Counted from the first letter of the stretch, positions 27,923-38,870 are shown. The stretch: 64,000 nucleotides of DNA from Parabacteroides distasonis (GCA_963659855.1 CAVKVK010000001.1:18850-82849); one strand, 5' to 3'. Notes: generated from the sequence alone by a model not told the origin. Numbers and translations: made by a program.

Positions 27923-30070
27923 TTGAGAGACAAAGAAGAATTCATACGCAAAGACCCTGACGCAGCCCACAAGGTCTACTGGCTTGCCGTGCTGAACTGG
28001 ATTGTTCCGCTTCTGTGCATTGCGGCTGGTCTTGTCATGACCACGCAGAAATTCGCCGTCCTTATGAACCACGACTACAGTGTCATCGGGCGGCCGCTCT
28101 TTATTTTAAAAGGCGCATACCGTGTCTATAATCCGCTCATATTCATTCTTGGAATGTTCAAGTACGCCTTTGATGACGCGTACTCATACTATTTTTTTCA
28201 GGCTGCTCCGGCGACGTTCATTGGCCTTGTTGTGGCGGTGCTTCTGTTTTTCATAACAAGCGTGATTGTCTCCGCCCATCAGAAGAACCAGCACATCCAC
28301 GGAACAGCAAGATGGGCTACAAGGGAAGACCTTGAAAAGTTCGGAATGCTCCAGCCGCGCGGTGTAATCTGCGGGCAGCTCAGCAGCGCGAATGTTGGCT
28401 ACCATGTTGACAGGGAGAAGGCGAGCCTTGTTTTAGACTTGCCGAAGAATCTTGTTACTAGAAAAGTCCATGTTGCGCCTGTCGTGTGCCATTCGGGACG
28501 CACAAATACATGGATGATTGCTCCGACAAGAAGCGGAAAGGGCGTTAGTACCGTAATCCCGACCTGCCTGAGCTATGGCGTTCCATACTGGGGAATTGAC
28601 GGCAAGACCGGAAATAAAGTCGTAAAAGGACGCGGCTCGATGGTTATTTTTGACCCCAAGGGCGAGAACTGGGAGGCTTCGGCAGGATACCGCACGAAGT
28701 TCAGCACATGCATTCCGTTCCGTCCGCTCGATCCGGATGGAGACACAGCGCATTACAATCCGATTCACGAGATTCCCGACAGTCCTAGCGAGGCGTTCTC
28801 CTGGGCTGACATGATTGCCGAGATTTTCTTCGGGGCAGAGAACGCCAAGGCCGCCTCTGACGGAGCTACCCAGTACTTCAACAACACGGCTCGCGATATT
28901 TTTGCAGGCGTTGTCATGCACGTCCGGTTCTGCCGCTACATAGCATGGAAGGACAAGAATCTTTCCACAGTCCTTGACATTTTCAGCCAGGCGAGCAGCG
29001 ATGACAATAAAGATGCTGACGAGGAGAGCGGCGGACCGGGCTCTGCCATGCTCGCGCAGATGAGAGAGGACGGCGTTCATGTTGACGACTCTGGACACGA
29101 AAGCCCTCTTGTCCATGAGCTTATTGTGAAGGCGGCGAACCGCTCCGAGACCCAGACACCGAAGGAGCGCGCCTCCACATACTCAACCGTGTTCAGCAAA
29201 ATTTCATTGTTTCAGGACCCTCTGCTTAAAAATGCGACCGCTTATTCAGATTTCAGTGTTGACGACTTTATCGACGGAAAGAACGGAATCAGCCTTTATC
29301 TCATCGTTCCATACAACCATATCAAGCGAATCAGCCCGGTGTTCAGGATGATAATCACGTTCATGATTAAGAAATTCTCAAGCGGAACGACAAACGCAAA
29401 CGCCGTCAAGCTAAAGATTCCCTGCCTGTTTCTTCTGGACGAGTTTCCGGTTCTTGGGTATTTTCCGGACATCGCATTGAACGCTGGAATCCTCGCGGGC
29501 TACGGAGTTACTTTTTTTATCGTAAGCCAGTCGCTGAACCAGATTGTTGATGTCTACGGCGAGAACCATCCGTTCCTCGACCATTGCAAGACCATCATAC
29601 TTTTTGCTCCGGGAAACATAAAGGACGCAAGGCAGTTTTCTGAGACAATAGGAAACCGTTCTGTTCTTCTGGACAACATCTCAAGCTCCAGCACAAAGTG
29701 GCAGGCGGGATTCAACAGCATATCGCGGAGTTCCCAGGAAACGCAGACAAGCCTTGTGAATCCTGACGAGCTTATGAAGATGGACTTCTCGCGCTGCATT
29801 GTGTTCAACGGTCAAATGCCGCCGTACAAGGGAAAGAAGGTTGTCTACTATGAAGACCCGCGATTCAAGAACAAGGCTTTTATGAAAGTTCCTGGAATCA
29901 GTGAGATTTCTTCTAGGTTCAAAAAACTTCCAAGCCACCGCAGAAAGCATTTCAATGTGGGAAGCTCAATCCAGAAGACAATAGAGCGGATTGAGAAAGT
30001 CGAGGTAACGCAGTCAATTCCAAGCGACTTTGACATTTTTGCGGACGACGGACGCGAGACAAAATTTTAA
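27923..30070 (+). CDS. virD4: Type IV coupling protein VirD4/TraG
   Basis: N-terminal TMs, HGTARWA, APTRSGKG, DPKGE, LLDEFP, SQSLNQ..DVYG. Confidence 0.93.
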   Translation: MRDKEEFIRKDPDAAHKVYWLAVLNWIVPLLCIAAGLVMTTQKFAVLMNHDYSVIGRPLFILKGAYRVYNPLIFILGMFKYAFDDAYSYYFFQAAPATFIGLVVAVLLFFITSVIVSAHQKNQHIHGTARWATREDLEKFGMLQPRGVICGQLSSANVGYHVDREKASLVLDLPKNLVTRKVHVAPVVCHSGRTNTWMIAPTRSGKGVSTVIPTCLSYGVPYWGIDGKTGNKVVKGRGSMVIFDPKGENWEASAGYRTKFSTCIPFRPLDPDGDTAHYNPIHEIPDSPSEAFSWADMIAEIFFGAENAKAASDGATQYFNNTARDIFAGVVMHVRFCRYIAWKDKNLSTVLDIFSQASSDDNKDADEESGGPGSAMLAQMREDGVHVDDSGHESPLVHELIVKAANRSETQTPKERASTYSTVFSKISLFQDPLLKNATAYSDFSVDDFIDGKNGISLYLIVPYNHIKRISPVFRMIITFMIKKFSSGTTNANAVKLKIPCLFLLDEFPVLGYFPDIALNAGILAGYGVTFFIVSQSLNQIVDVYGENHPFLDHCKTIILFAPGNIKDARQFSETIGNRSVLLDNISSSSTKWQAGFNSISRSSQETQTSLVNPDELMKMDFSRCIVFNGQMPPYKGKKVVYYEDPRFKNKAFMKVPGISEISSRFKKLPSHRRKHFNVGSSIQKTIERIEKVEVTQSIPSDFDIFADDGRETKF

Positions 30071-30088
30071 CGGAAGAGGAAGTGAAAT

Positions 30089-30946
30089 ATGGAAGATAAG
30101 AAAGAAATTGAACTAACGAAAAAATTGCATGAGAATTTAAGTTCTTTTTGCAATGAAAAATTTTATATAGAAGCCGCAAATCTCTCGCATGATGAAATAA
30201 TAAAAAAATATGGAGATAATCCTGTCGCAATAGCAGAAATTCCTGAATCAGACCCTGTTTTTAAAGGAATTTGGAAAGACGCGAAAAGCAATCTTGTTTA
30301 TACAGGACTAGGAAGTTTTATTGACTATTGGGTAAATCATCATCCAGAGCTTGAACCGTCTGATTTTATGAAAATACAAGATGTTCTATCAAATCCTGAC
30401 AGTCGCTATTTTGACAAAACAAAGAACGCTGTTATTTTTGATAAATTTTCAGATGGACTCCATGATGTTGTGATAATGAAAAAAGCTGCGGACAAACTGA
30501 TTTATGAAAGAAGCAGCTATATGCCTAGAAAATTGCCAAAACGATGGCAAGAAATTGAACAGAAAAATGGAATTGTAAAGCAGTCATTTGTGGACGGACA
30601 CCCCACAATCAGTCAGTCAGAAAAATCTGAAGCCGGCATAGTCCGTAATATTTCTACTCTTAATGACACCAAAAATATAACACAAAACAACGAAAAGTCA
30701 ACATCAATGGAAAAAAACTCGGAATCAAGGCTTCTGTATGAAAAGACAACGGTGAATGTTGACGGCCTTTAGCGCGACTGCGAGCACGGTGTCCTGGAAG
30801 GGTTCAAGAACGCTGTGAAAATGGTTGACAGGCTGAAAGAGGAAAATTCCAATCTGAGAAGGGAAAACAGCGAGCTTTACAAAAAGCTAAAGCTGGAGCA
30901 GAAAATCCATTCAAAGAGTCATCATGAGAAGGAGATTGAAAGGTGA
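30089..30946 (+). pseudogene. PBECR-like nuclease domain plus conserved C-terminal tail, interrupted by an in-frame TAG at 30770-30772
   Basis: The frame continues after the TAG as RDCEHGVLEGFKNAVKMVDRL...EKEIER*, homologous to the C-terminus of 43516-44253. Its TGA overlaps the next start codon. Confidence 0.7.
30560..30667 (-). ncRNA. Candidate embedded antisense sRNA A
   Basis: Minus-strand TTGACT (30696-30701), 16-nt spacer, TATATT (30674-30679). Terminal stem GTCATT/AATGAC and inner stem ACGGAC/GTCCGT. Confidence 0.45.
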
Positions 30947-31377
30947 AAAACAACAGGAAAGAAAGCTATGTGAAGTACGGAGTCCTAAAGCAGCTGCGAA
31001 TGACGGAGCAGATGCAGAACCTCATAAAAAGCAAGGCTCTTGAGCACAACACGACCGAGAGCGAGATTATCCGCCAGGCACTTGACAACTACATAAACCG
31101 CAGTATGAGCGACTCCGAGATAGTGCACGCCTCTCTTGTGGAAAATTCAAGGAAAATCCGCTATCTGGAAAGCAAGGTCGAGCTTCTCGCTCTGATTGTC
31201 ATGCAGCAGACAAAATTCATCATGAAGATGTTCCCGGACAGGCAGATAAACAGCGACGAGCTTGTAGAGATTGAATATGAAAGGTTTGTCAGGGACTGCA
31301 CGAAGATTCTCAAGTCCAACCATTCAGGCATTCTTGAAAGCATGATACTTGACGCCTACGAGAAAGGAGACGACTAG
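30943..31377 (+). CDS. CopG/RHH-family protein between virD4 and virB11
   Basis: N-terminal RHH (QLRMT...KALEHNTTESEIIRQAL). Position matches the traG-copG-trbB order of P-type systems. Confidence 0.7.
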   Translation: MKNNRKESYVKYGVLKQLRMTEQMQNLIKSKALEHNTTESEIIRQALDNYINRSMSDSEIVHASLVENSRKIRYLESKVELLALIVMQQTKFIMKMFPDRQINSDELVEIEYERFVRDCTKILKSNHSGILESMILDAYEKGDD

Positions 31378-31379
31378 AA

Positions 31380-32357
31380 ATGACAGGAATGGACGGATTC
31401 GGGCAGCAGGTCAAGCTCGACAAGTGGATAAAGAACCTTGAGGACGACATGAGGCTGATTGTTCCCTTCATCGAGGACAGGAATGTGACTGACATCGCGA
31501 TCGGGATAAACGGCGAGCTTATTGTCGAGGGGCTTGGAATGGAGAAGACGTTCACAGGAATTTTCTTTGACGAGCAGACAACGACAAGAATCATCTATGC
31601 CACGGCCGCTGTTCTCGGCGTTACTGTTGACCCGGACAATCCTATTGTGGAAGGCGTTCTTCCCAACTGGAAAATCCGAGTCGAGGGAATTCTTCCGCCG
31701 CGTGCAGCGCGCAATCCGATGTACTTTATCCGCCGGCCTCCGGCAAAGATTTTCTCGCTTGAAAGCTATCTTGACTCCGGGCGGATTACAAGGGAGCGGT
31801 ACGACCTTCTTGTCGGGCATATAAAAAAACGCTCGAATATTGTCATCGGTGGCGAGACCGGAAGCGGAAAGACGACGCTCCTGAATGCGGTTATAGACAA
31901 GATGAGGGAATTCACGCCGGACGACCGCTTCTATATTGTCGAGGATGCGGGCGAGATTCAGTGCAATGCGCGCGACTTTGTTCCGATATGGGCGGCAGGC
32001 AAGGACTGCCTGAAGGCTGTCGCGACTGCACTCCGCTGCAATGTGTCGCGCATTATTTTCGGTGAGCTGCGCTACGGCGATGTAACAAACGAAGTCTTGA
32101 AGGCATGGAACTCGGGACATACAGGCGGAATCACGACAGTGCACGCAAACTGCGCGCTTTCAATGCTCTCAAGAATCCGCGACCTTCTGCGCGAGGTTAT
32201 TCCGGGCGAGCTTCCCGACGTGGCTCAGTCAGTCCAGCTTCTTGTGCACATGAGACCGACAAAAAACGGCCCTGTTGTTAGCGAGGTTGTGGAGACAAGA
32301 CAGATGGGAAGCTCATCGTTCATGGAAGACCTTGAGAGCAACAATCTTATCAGCTGA
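31380..32357 (+). CDS. virB11: T4SS ATPase VirB11/TrbB
   Basis: GGETGSGKTT, VEDAGE, IIFGELR, WNSGHTGGITTVHAN. Confidence 0.92.
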   Translation: MTGMDGFGQQVKLDKWIKNLEDDMRLIVPFIEDRNVTDIAIGINGELIVEGLGMEKTFTGIFFDEQTTTRIIYATAAVLGVTVDPDNPIVEGVLPNWKIRVEGILPPRAARNPMYFIRRPPAKIFSLESYLDSGRITRERYDLLVGHIKKRSNIVIGGETGSGKTTLLNAVIDKMREFTPDDRFYIVEDAGEIQCNARDFVPIWAAGKDCLKAVATALRCNVSRIIFGELRYGDVTNEVLKAWNSGHTGGITTVHANCALSMLSRIRDLLREVIPGELPDVAQSVQLLVHMRPTKNGPVVSEVVETRQMGSSSFMEDLESNNLIS

Positions 32358-32518
32358 AAGGAGGGTTTTAGGAAAACAGATTTTCAAGGCTTACGAACAG
32401 GAATGTTTTTATGAGGCTCGCCTCATGCACGAATAGAAATTTTTTGCCTTTTTTTGAACAGAAATTGAGAACACGAACAGGATTCTAAAATTAAACCCAG
32501 GACATAAAGGAGTATTTT

Positions 32519-32944
32519 ATGAAGTCCGAAAAAACAGAAAAAGCCGTTCAAAAAATCAAAAGCTTTGTAACAAACAGAAAAGTTCTCATGGCAGCTTTCA
32601 TGCTGTTCATGATTATAGCGCCGACATTCGCAGGAAGCAGCGGCGACACCATCGAGCAGCTTGACACATGGGGAGACAAGATTCTCTCGCTTTTGCAGTC
32701 AACATGGGTGAAGGTTCTTCTTCTTGTCGCGCTGATAATCGAGGCTATCGGCGTAGTTGTCGCGGGGCAGCAGGGCGGAGGCGGACAGATTCTGAAAAAG
32801 TTCGCTCCATGGATAATCGGAACACTGATTCTTTTGTGCTCGTCAGGAATCTGCTCTTATTTCCTCGGCGATCTGAATTTTGAGATTTCGATGGCGGAGG
32901 AAGCCATTCCAGCGGCGGAAATTTTGGTCTCAGGAATTGTGTAA
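32519..32944 (+). CDS. virB2: Pilin VirB2/TrbC
   Basis: Long signal peptide plus two hydrophobic helices; position before virB3/virB4. Confidence 0.7.
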   Translation: MKSEKTEKAVQKIKSFVTNRKVLMAAFMLFMIIAPTFAGSSGDTIEQLDTWGDKILSLLQSTWVKVLLLVALIIEAIGVVVAGQQGGGGQILKKFAPWIIGTLILLCSSGICSYFLGDLNFEISMAEEAIPAAEILVSGIV

Positions 32945-33008
32945 CAGAAAACGGTGGCAGGAGAAATCCTGCTGTCTGTATGAATCTTGATTTTTCTTGG
33001 AGGAGAAT

Positions 33009-33275
33009 TTGGAAAACGAACCTACTTTATACGACTATTCTGTTCCAGTGCACCGTGTGCTGCTCCAGCCGAATGTTGTTCTCGGAATCGGAATAGCACC
33101 GGCGATGATGATTCTTGTTCTCACGATTGTTCTGATGAACATGGTGAGCGTGTGGTGCTTCCCGATAGGAATTGTCCTTTTTGTCGCGGCGAAGATGCTC
33201 TGCAGAAACGACCCGTACATGATGACGATTCTTTTTGACAGGCTGATGCAGCCCAACTTATGGAGATCTATCTGA
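33009..33275 (+). CDS. virB3: VirB3/TrbD
   Basis: PVHRVL.QP...LG, two TMs, DPY motif. Confidence 0.8.
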   Translation: MENEPTLYDYSVPVHRVLLQPNVVLGIGIAPAMMILVLTIVLMNMVSVWCFPIGIVLFVAAKMLCRNDPYMMTILFDRLMQPNLWRSI

Positions 33276-35848
33276 TGGATGTGCCGTTTCTTGACTTTTT
33301 CAGGCTGAACAGGGAAAGCGCGAACATGCTCAAATATGTCAGTCCATACTCGTTCATAATGTCGCCTGGAGTCTGCCTCCTTAAAAACGGTGCGCTTATG
33401 ACATCGTACCAGGTTGAGTATCCAGACCTTGAGTCGTCGTCTCCGGCTTCAACTGCGGCGATGGCGGCCCTGTTCAACCGAACAACAATGGCTCTTGCCC
33501 AGCAGGAGGGATGGGCTGTTTTCTTTGACTGCAAGCGGTACAAGACAAAGGACTATCCGGCAGGTGAATTCTCAAACCTTGCAGGCTGGCTCATAGACCA
33601 GCGCCGCGCGGAAAACTACCACAATTTCGGCGAGCATTTTACGACCGACTATTACATCTCGTTTGTATACCAGCTTCCGGGAGACATCGAGAACAAGGCG
33701 ACATCGATTTTTTTCAGGAGCGGAAAGAAGAAGAGTGACGGCAGAAAGCATTCCCACGGCGTGGAAAGCCTTGCCACAATGAAGAAAGAAATTGAGAATT
33801 TCCTTGACGAGACCGACAAGGCGATGGGAACTCTGGCAACAAAAATCTGGTGCCACCGGCTTGATGACTCGGAGCTTTTCAGTTACATAAAGTCATCGGT
33901 GAGCATGAGACGGCAGGATATGTTCTATCCTGAGAACACATTCTTCTTCCTTGACAACTACATCTGCGACATGGATGTCAAGACCTCGATGCCGCTTAAA
34001 ATCGGGGACTATTATGTTCCAATAATCTCCGTGATGGATTTTCCGAGCAGCACTTATCCCGCTGTCTTTGACAAGCTGAACAGGACAATGCAGGAATTCC
34101 GCTGGACAACAAGATTCATTCCGATGGGAAAGGAGATGTCCCAGAAGGAGGCTGACAAGTACCAGAAGCGTATGTACTCAGCAAGAAAAAGTGCGGGAAC
34201 AATCATTACCGAGCTTGCCGCGAATGTCGAGATTGACCGCGAGAATTCAGGGGCTGTTGCGATGGAGGGCGAGGCAAGCCAGATTCAGGCGGACATCGCT
34301 ATGGGAAACTATGTCCTTGGATACTACACAAGCAGCCTTATGGTCTGGGACAAAAAACTTTCCGCGGCAAAGGAGAAGTCACGGAAGCTCCAGCAGGTTG
34401 TGCGCTCGTGCGGATTTGCGTGCATGGAGGAGAAGCTGAACAACATGGAGGCATGGGAAGGAATGATGCCCGGAAATGTCTATGCTAATATCCGTCGGCC
34501 TCTTATCTCCACGCAGAACATGGCGAATATCATTCCTCTAAGCTCCGCATGGCAGGGGATGCTGTACAATGACTTCACTCTTGAAACCTGCGGCTCTTCT
34601 GTTCCTCTTGTCACCTGCTCCACGAGCTACGGAACTCCGTTCTTCTTCAATCTGAACGTCCGCGATGTAGGACACTCATTTATTTTCGGGCCGACAGGAG
34701 CAGGAAAGTCAACGCTCATGGCTCTGCTTATGGCTCAGGCCACAAAATACAGGGACGCGAACATTGTCTGCATTGACAAGCAGCTGTCAAGCCGAGCGTT
34801 CATGGTCGCAGCAGGCGGAATCTATGTTGAGCCGGGAAAGGACGATGTGGCGTTCCAGCCATTGAGCGAGCTTCTGAACCCGGATGAGTGCACGGAAGGC
34901 GAATACCGCGAGAGCCTTATGTGGTGTCAGCAGTTCATAGAAAGCCTTCTTGTCCAGCAGAACATCGAGACAACTCCGAAAATGAGCAAGGCTATAAGCG
35001 AGACGCTTGTTCTTCTCTCTAAAAAAAACAGCTCAATGCACGACCTCACATCGTTCCAGCAGTACGTGAACTACACAGACCCGGACACTGACGACAACAC
35101 GATAAGGACAGGGCTTGACCCGTACTGTCGTGGCGGGGCTTTCGGCTCTATATTCGATGCGGACAGGACAACACTGAACCTTTCCAAGCTGATGACAATA
35201 GAGATGGGAAGCCTCATGCGACTTTCAGAAAAGGCAGTCGCTCCGGCTCTTATGTACATATTCCGCTATCTGGAGAAGCTCTGGACTGTTCCAAGCGGCG
35301 AGAAGCAGCCTCTGACTTTTCTTTTTCTTGACGAGGCATGGCTTTATCTCCAGCATCCGGTTTTCTCTGGATTTATCCAGGAGTGGCTCAGGACTTTAAG
35401 AAAAAAGAAAGTGTTCTGCATATTTGCGACTCAGGAAGTCAGCGCGGCGAGCAAGTCGTCGTTGCGCGACACGATAGTGCAGCAGTGCCTCACAAAAATT
35501 TATCTTGCCGACGAGAATGCGCTCTCCCTTGCGGAAAACTACAGGGATTTCGGGCTTACAGACAGCGAGATAGCCGCATTGTCAGAGGCTGTGATGAAAA
35601 GGGACTACTACTTCAAGAACCCGAACGGAAGCCGGATGTTTACCCTTGACCTTGACGCATTCCAGCTCGCACTGATTTCAAGCGACCACGAGATTCTTGA
35701 CAATCTTGAGAGCAAATACGGAAAGAACACGACAAGGGAGCTTGCCTTTGAGCTTCTTGACGCAGTCAAGGAAAAATACAAAAGAAACGGAAAAGACGCG
35801 CGCAGTCTTGACTACTCAAAATACAGGGAAATGCTTATTGCATCATAA
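33275..35848 (+). CDS. virB4: T4SS ATPase VirB4/TrbE
   Basis: DVGHSFIFGPTGAGKST, FLDEAW, WLRTLRKK, FATQ. Confidence 0.93.
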   Translation: MDVPFLDFFRLNRESANMLKYVSPYSFIMSPGVCLLKNGALMTSYQVEYPDLESSSPASTAAMAALFNRTTMALAQQEGWAVFFDCKRYKTKDYPAGEFSNLAGWLIDQRRAENYHNFGEHFTTDYYISFVYQLPGDIENKATSIFFRSGKKKSDGRKHSHGVESLATMKKEIENFLDETDKAMGTLATKIWCHRLDDSELFSYIKSSVSMRRQDMFYPENTFFFLDNYICDMDVKTSMPLKIGDYYVPIISVMDFPSSTYPAVFDKLNRTMQEFRWTTRFIPMGKEMSQKEADKYQKRMYSARKSAGTIITELAANVEIDRENSGAVAMEGEASQIQADIAMGNYVLGYYTSSLMVWDKKLSAAKEKSRKLQQVVRSCGFACMEEKLNNMEAWEGMMPGNVYANIRRPLISTQNMANIIPLSSAWQGMLYNDFTLETCGSSVPLVTCSTSYGTPFFFNLNVRDVGHSFIFGPTGAGKSTLMALLMAQATKYRDANIVCIDKQLSSRAFMVAAGGIYVEPGKDDVAFQPLSELLNPDECTEGEYRESLMWCQQFIESLLVQQNIETTPKMSKAISETLVLLSKKNSSMHDLTSFQQYVNYTDPDTDDNTIRTGLDPYCRGGAFGSIFDADRTTLNLSKLMTIEMGSLMRLSEKAVAPALMYIFRYLEKLWTVPSGEKQPLTFLFLDEAWLYLQHPVFSGFIQEWLRTLRKKKVFCIFATQEVSAASKSSLRDTIVQQCLTKIYLADENALSLAENYRDFGLTDSEIAALSEAVMKRDYYFKNPNGSRMFTLDLDAFQLALISSDHEILDNLESKYGKNTTRELAFELLDAVKEKYKRNGKDARSLDYSKYREMLIAS

Positions 35849-35873
35849 AGGCAAATCATAAAACGGAGTTCAT

Positions 35874-36839
35874 ATGAAAAAAATCAGGAAAAAAATCGGC
35901 AGGATTGTTCTTGCCGTTGGAATAGTGTTCTTCGCAGCACAGAATGTGTCTTCTACAGGGTATCCAGTTTTTGACGTCTCGGGCTGGCTTGCCGCCATTG
36001 ACCAGGTCTATCAGGGATATGACATGGTGATGAACACAATCACGCAGATTGAGAACCAATACAACATGATTCAGCAGCAAGTCGAGAGGGCTAAAAGCAT
36101 CGACTGGGACAACATCTCGTTTGACGGCGACTTTGACATAAGAGACGATATAAAGGACGCCACAAAGCGCGTGAACAAGCTTCTCACTTCCGCGCGCAAC
36201 ATAAAGAAGATGATGACAACTCCGTCGATAAGCTGCGGAAATGTGAAATACTCAATCGCCGACCTTTGCGGAATAAACCCGAACAATAAGGACGACCTCT
36301 GGGAAAATGACATGAATCTTCTGACTGCCTGCAAGGACTACAGGCAGTTCATGTCAGAGACAATGCAGCAAACTATTGATGACATCACAAAGGGGCTTGA
36401 GGAAGACCAGAAGAAGGCTATCTGGGTGAAGTACGGAATAAGCCCTCAGAACTACGCATTTGTGCAGCAGAGCGTGAACTCTGTGAAGAAGCAGTGCAGC
36501 GAGGTCATGGCGGCCGCAACAGAGGAGGCGAAGCGCATGAAGCTTGAGGAGATTGCCATGAAGAACAACACGATTCTCCAGGCGGCGCTTGAGGGCAACC
36601 TTGACTCAAACGGAAATCCGACGGAAGCCGGAATCGCCGAAGCTCAGGTCAGGCTTACAGACTCGCTTATTCAGGAAGTCACTCAGATGGGATTCAGCGT
36701 GAACGACCTGTGCGCGCTTACCGCATCGAAAATGATTGCCGACCAGAACAAGGCGGACGCGGAGCAGGCTAGCAGCCGCGAGGCTCAGGAGACTGACTAC
36801 TACAGAAAGAAGACAATCAGCTCTCGCTATAAGAGATGA
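35874..36839 (+). CDS. VirB5/TrbJ-like protein
   Basis: Signal peptide, GYPVFD motif, Q-rich coiled coil; lies between virB4 and virB6. Confidence 0.7.
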   Translation: MKKIRKKIGRIVLAVGIVFFAAQNVSSTGYPVFDVSGWLAAIDQVYQGYDMVMNTITQIENQYNMIQQQVERAKSIDWDNISFDGDFDIRDDIKDATKRVNKLLTSARNIKKMMTTPSISCGNVKYSIADLCGINPNNKDDLWENDMNLLTACKDYRQFMSETMQQTIDDITKGLEEDQKKAIWVKYGISPQNYAFVQQSVNSVKKQCSEVMAAATEEAKRMKLEEIAMKNNTILQAALEGNLDSNGNPTEAGIAEAQVRLTDSLIQEVTQMGFSVNDLCALTASKMIADQNKADAEQASSREAQETDYYRKKTISSRYKR

Positions 36840-36859
36840 TGCAGACGGAGGTGTGATTT

Positions 36860-38818
36860 ATGGACGCATTTGACCTTCCTCTTGTGCAGACACTAGAGTA
36901 TTTCGGCGGCGTTATGGCGCAGGGATACAAGTGGGCTGCGATGTACGGAAATCTGTTCGGTCTTGTCGGGCTTGCCTGGTCCGGCTTCAAGGTCGCAATG
37001 TCGCGCATGACAGTCAAGGATTTCTGGTGGGACACAATCTTCAAGTGGGTTGGCTATCTTCTTCTTTTGAACCTTTATCCGGCGATTGTGATTGGAATCG
37101 GCGGAATCGCTGGCGAGATAGGAATAAAGGCCGGAGGCGCGAAGGAGGCGATTGTGAGCGAGCTTAAGGCCATACGCTCTTCGATAGAGGCTGACCTTGC
37201 GACCGTGAATTCAATCGAGAACGGATATGACGAGGACGCAAAGTCAAGGCTTGATGAGCATTCTCCGCAGTCACTGGGCAACAAGGACAGCTATAATGAT
37301 TTTGTTGGAAAAGCTACAGGCTCAATTCCTGGCTTGAAAGGAGGCAACAGATGGGATTCAAATGAGATGAACAGGAAGCTTTCAGAACAGAGGCATGACA
37401 AGGCTGATGACGAGAATAAAAAATTCAAGAGTCTTTTTCAGGCTGAGACTTTCAAGGCAATAAACGCAGTTCTTGGAGACAGAAATCTAGATGGAACAAA
37501 GATTGGCGATAATACAGACACGTACATTTCTCTTGACATATTCATAAAGGATGCCGACGGAAACGATTCATTTTATCTTTCTCCTGGTGCGCTTATAAGA
37601 ATGACGCTTCTTGCGGCTAATATAATGCACTCAAAGAATACTTCGGCTTTCCTTCAGCGAAATGAGGAAATCGATGCGGCAAAACTGAATCCGTTTGTTT
37701 CTACAGGAAGAACCATTCAGAGCGGCTTGCAGTTTGTCCTTGACGGAATAGTTGTATGGTTCTGCGTGATAGTGCTTGCGCTTTGCGTGATATTCGCGCT
37801 TGTTCAGTACATCATGACTGTGATTGAGTTCACGATTGTGGCGGCTGTCGGTGTCATCTTCATTCCGATGCTGCTTTTTGACGGCACGAAGGACATTCCG
37901 AAAAAGCTCGTTCCTGTTTTCATAAGCTTCATGGTCAAGATGATTGTCATAACCTTGTGCCTGATGTTCGTTTATTACCTGATAATAGAATTCACAGTGA
38001 ACACAATCACATCGGACGGATTTGATATTGTTTGGCTTCTTGTGGATGTCGCATTCAATGCGATCTTGAGCTACGTGATGACACAGAACGCTCCGAAGAT
38101 TGCGCAGACTATTCTCACAGGACAGCCTCAGCTCAGCATGGGCGAGTTTGTGCAGGCGACAGGAACAGCCGCGGCTACCGTTGGCGGAATGAAGGCAGTA
38201 GGCGCGAATGCCGTGCGAGGCGCGGTCAATACAGGCACGAACATTGTCGGAGAAGCCGGAAAAATCAACTCGGCAAGAAAGAATGCGGCAAGGCAGGTCG
38301 CGCGTCTTGGCGGAAACAGAAAACAGGGCAACATGGCGGCATTCAAGGCGATGGGAGCGGTTGCAACTTCCGACTTGAAGGAGAGGGCAAAAGCCGGCTT
38401 TGAAAAATTCTCAAAAGGGCATGACTCCGTTCCTGCGCTTGACAAGATGAGGCAGATGGCTGGGCTTGGCGGAGGAGGTCAGGGAGCTTCCGGCGGTTCA
38501 GGAGGCGGCTCTAGTGCCCACGGAATCACAGGACAAGGCTCTGCGGCAGGACACGAGGGGGAAGTTCTCGGAACGTCTTCAAATTCTAATTTCAAGACTG
38601 CCACGAAGTTTGACAAGCGCACAAATAGCCAGCGCAATATGACGCACAAAGAATTTATGGACGAGAAAAACAGGCAGGGAAAAATGGCTGGAGACAATGC
38701 GGCTTTAAAAGTGATGATTGCAGCCGAGAAGGAAAGAAATCAGCAGCAGAACGCTAAAAATTCCGACTCGTCAGAGCTTGGCGACAAGGTTACTGATGGA
38801 GTAAGGGCTAATAAGTAA
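36860..38818 (+). CDS. virB6: VirB6/TrbL inner-membrane channel protein
   Basis: Multi-TM core (IEFTIV...FIPMLLFDGTK, APKIAQ..L.G.PQL) and G/A-rich C-terminal tail. Confidence 0.85.
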   Translation: MDAFDLPLVQTLEYFGGVMAQGYKWAAMYGNLFGLVGLAWSGFKVAMSRMTVKDFWWDTIFKWVGYLLLLNLYPAIVIGIGGIAGEIGIKAGGAKEAIVSELKAIRSSIEADLATVNSIENGYDEDAKSRLDEHSPQSLGNKDSYNDFVGKATGSIPGLKGGNRWDSNEMNRKLSEQRHDKADDENKKFKSLFQAETFKAINAVLGDRNLDGTKIGDNTDTYISLDIFIKDADGNDSFYLSPGALIRMTLLAANIMHSKNTSAFLQRNEEIDAAKLNPFVSTGRTIQSGLQFVLDGIVVWFCVIVLALCVIFALVQYIMTVIEFTIVAAVGVIFIPMLLFDGTKDIPKKLVPVFISFMVKMIVITLCLMFVYYLIIEFTVNTITSDGFDIVWLLVDVAFNAILSYVMTQNAPKIAQTILTGQPQLSMGEFVQATGTAAATVGGMKAVGANAVRGAVNTGTNIVGEAGKINSARKNAARQVARLGGNRKQGNMAAFKAMGAVATSDLKERAKAGFEKFSKGHDSVPALDKMRQMAGLGGGGQGASGGSGGGSSAHGITGQGSAAGHEGEVLGTSSNSNFKTATKFDKRTNSQRNMTHKEFMDEKNRQGKMAGDNAALKVMIAAEKERNQQQNAKNSDSSELGDKVTDGVRANK

Positions 38819-38829
38819 AAAAAAAGTAA

Positions 38830-38870
38830 TCTTACATAAAGACTGTTTTTTATGCAGTTTTTATGTAAGA
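38830..38870. terminator. Stem-loop between convergent operons
   Basis: TCTTACATAAAGACTG...CAGTTTTTATGTAAGA. Confidence 0.6.
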
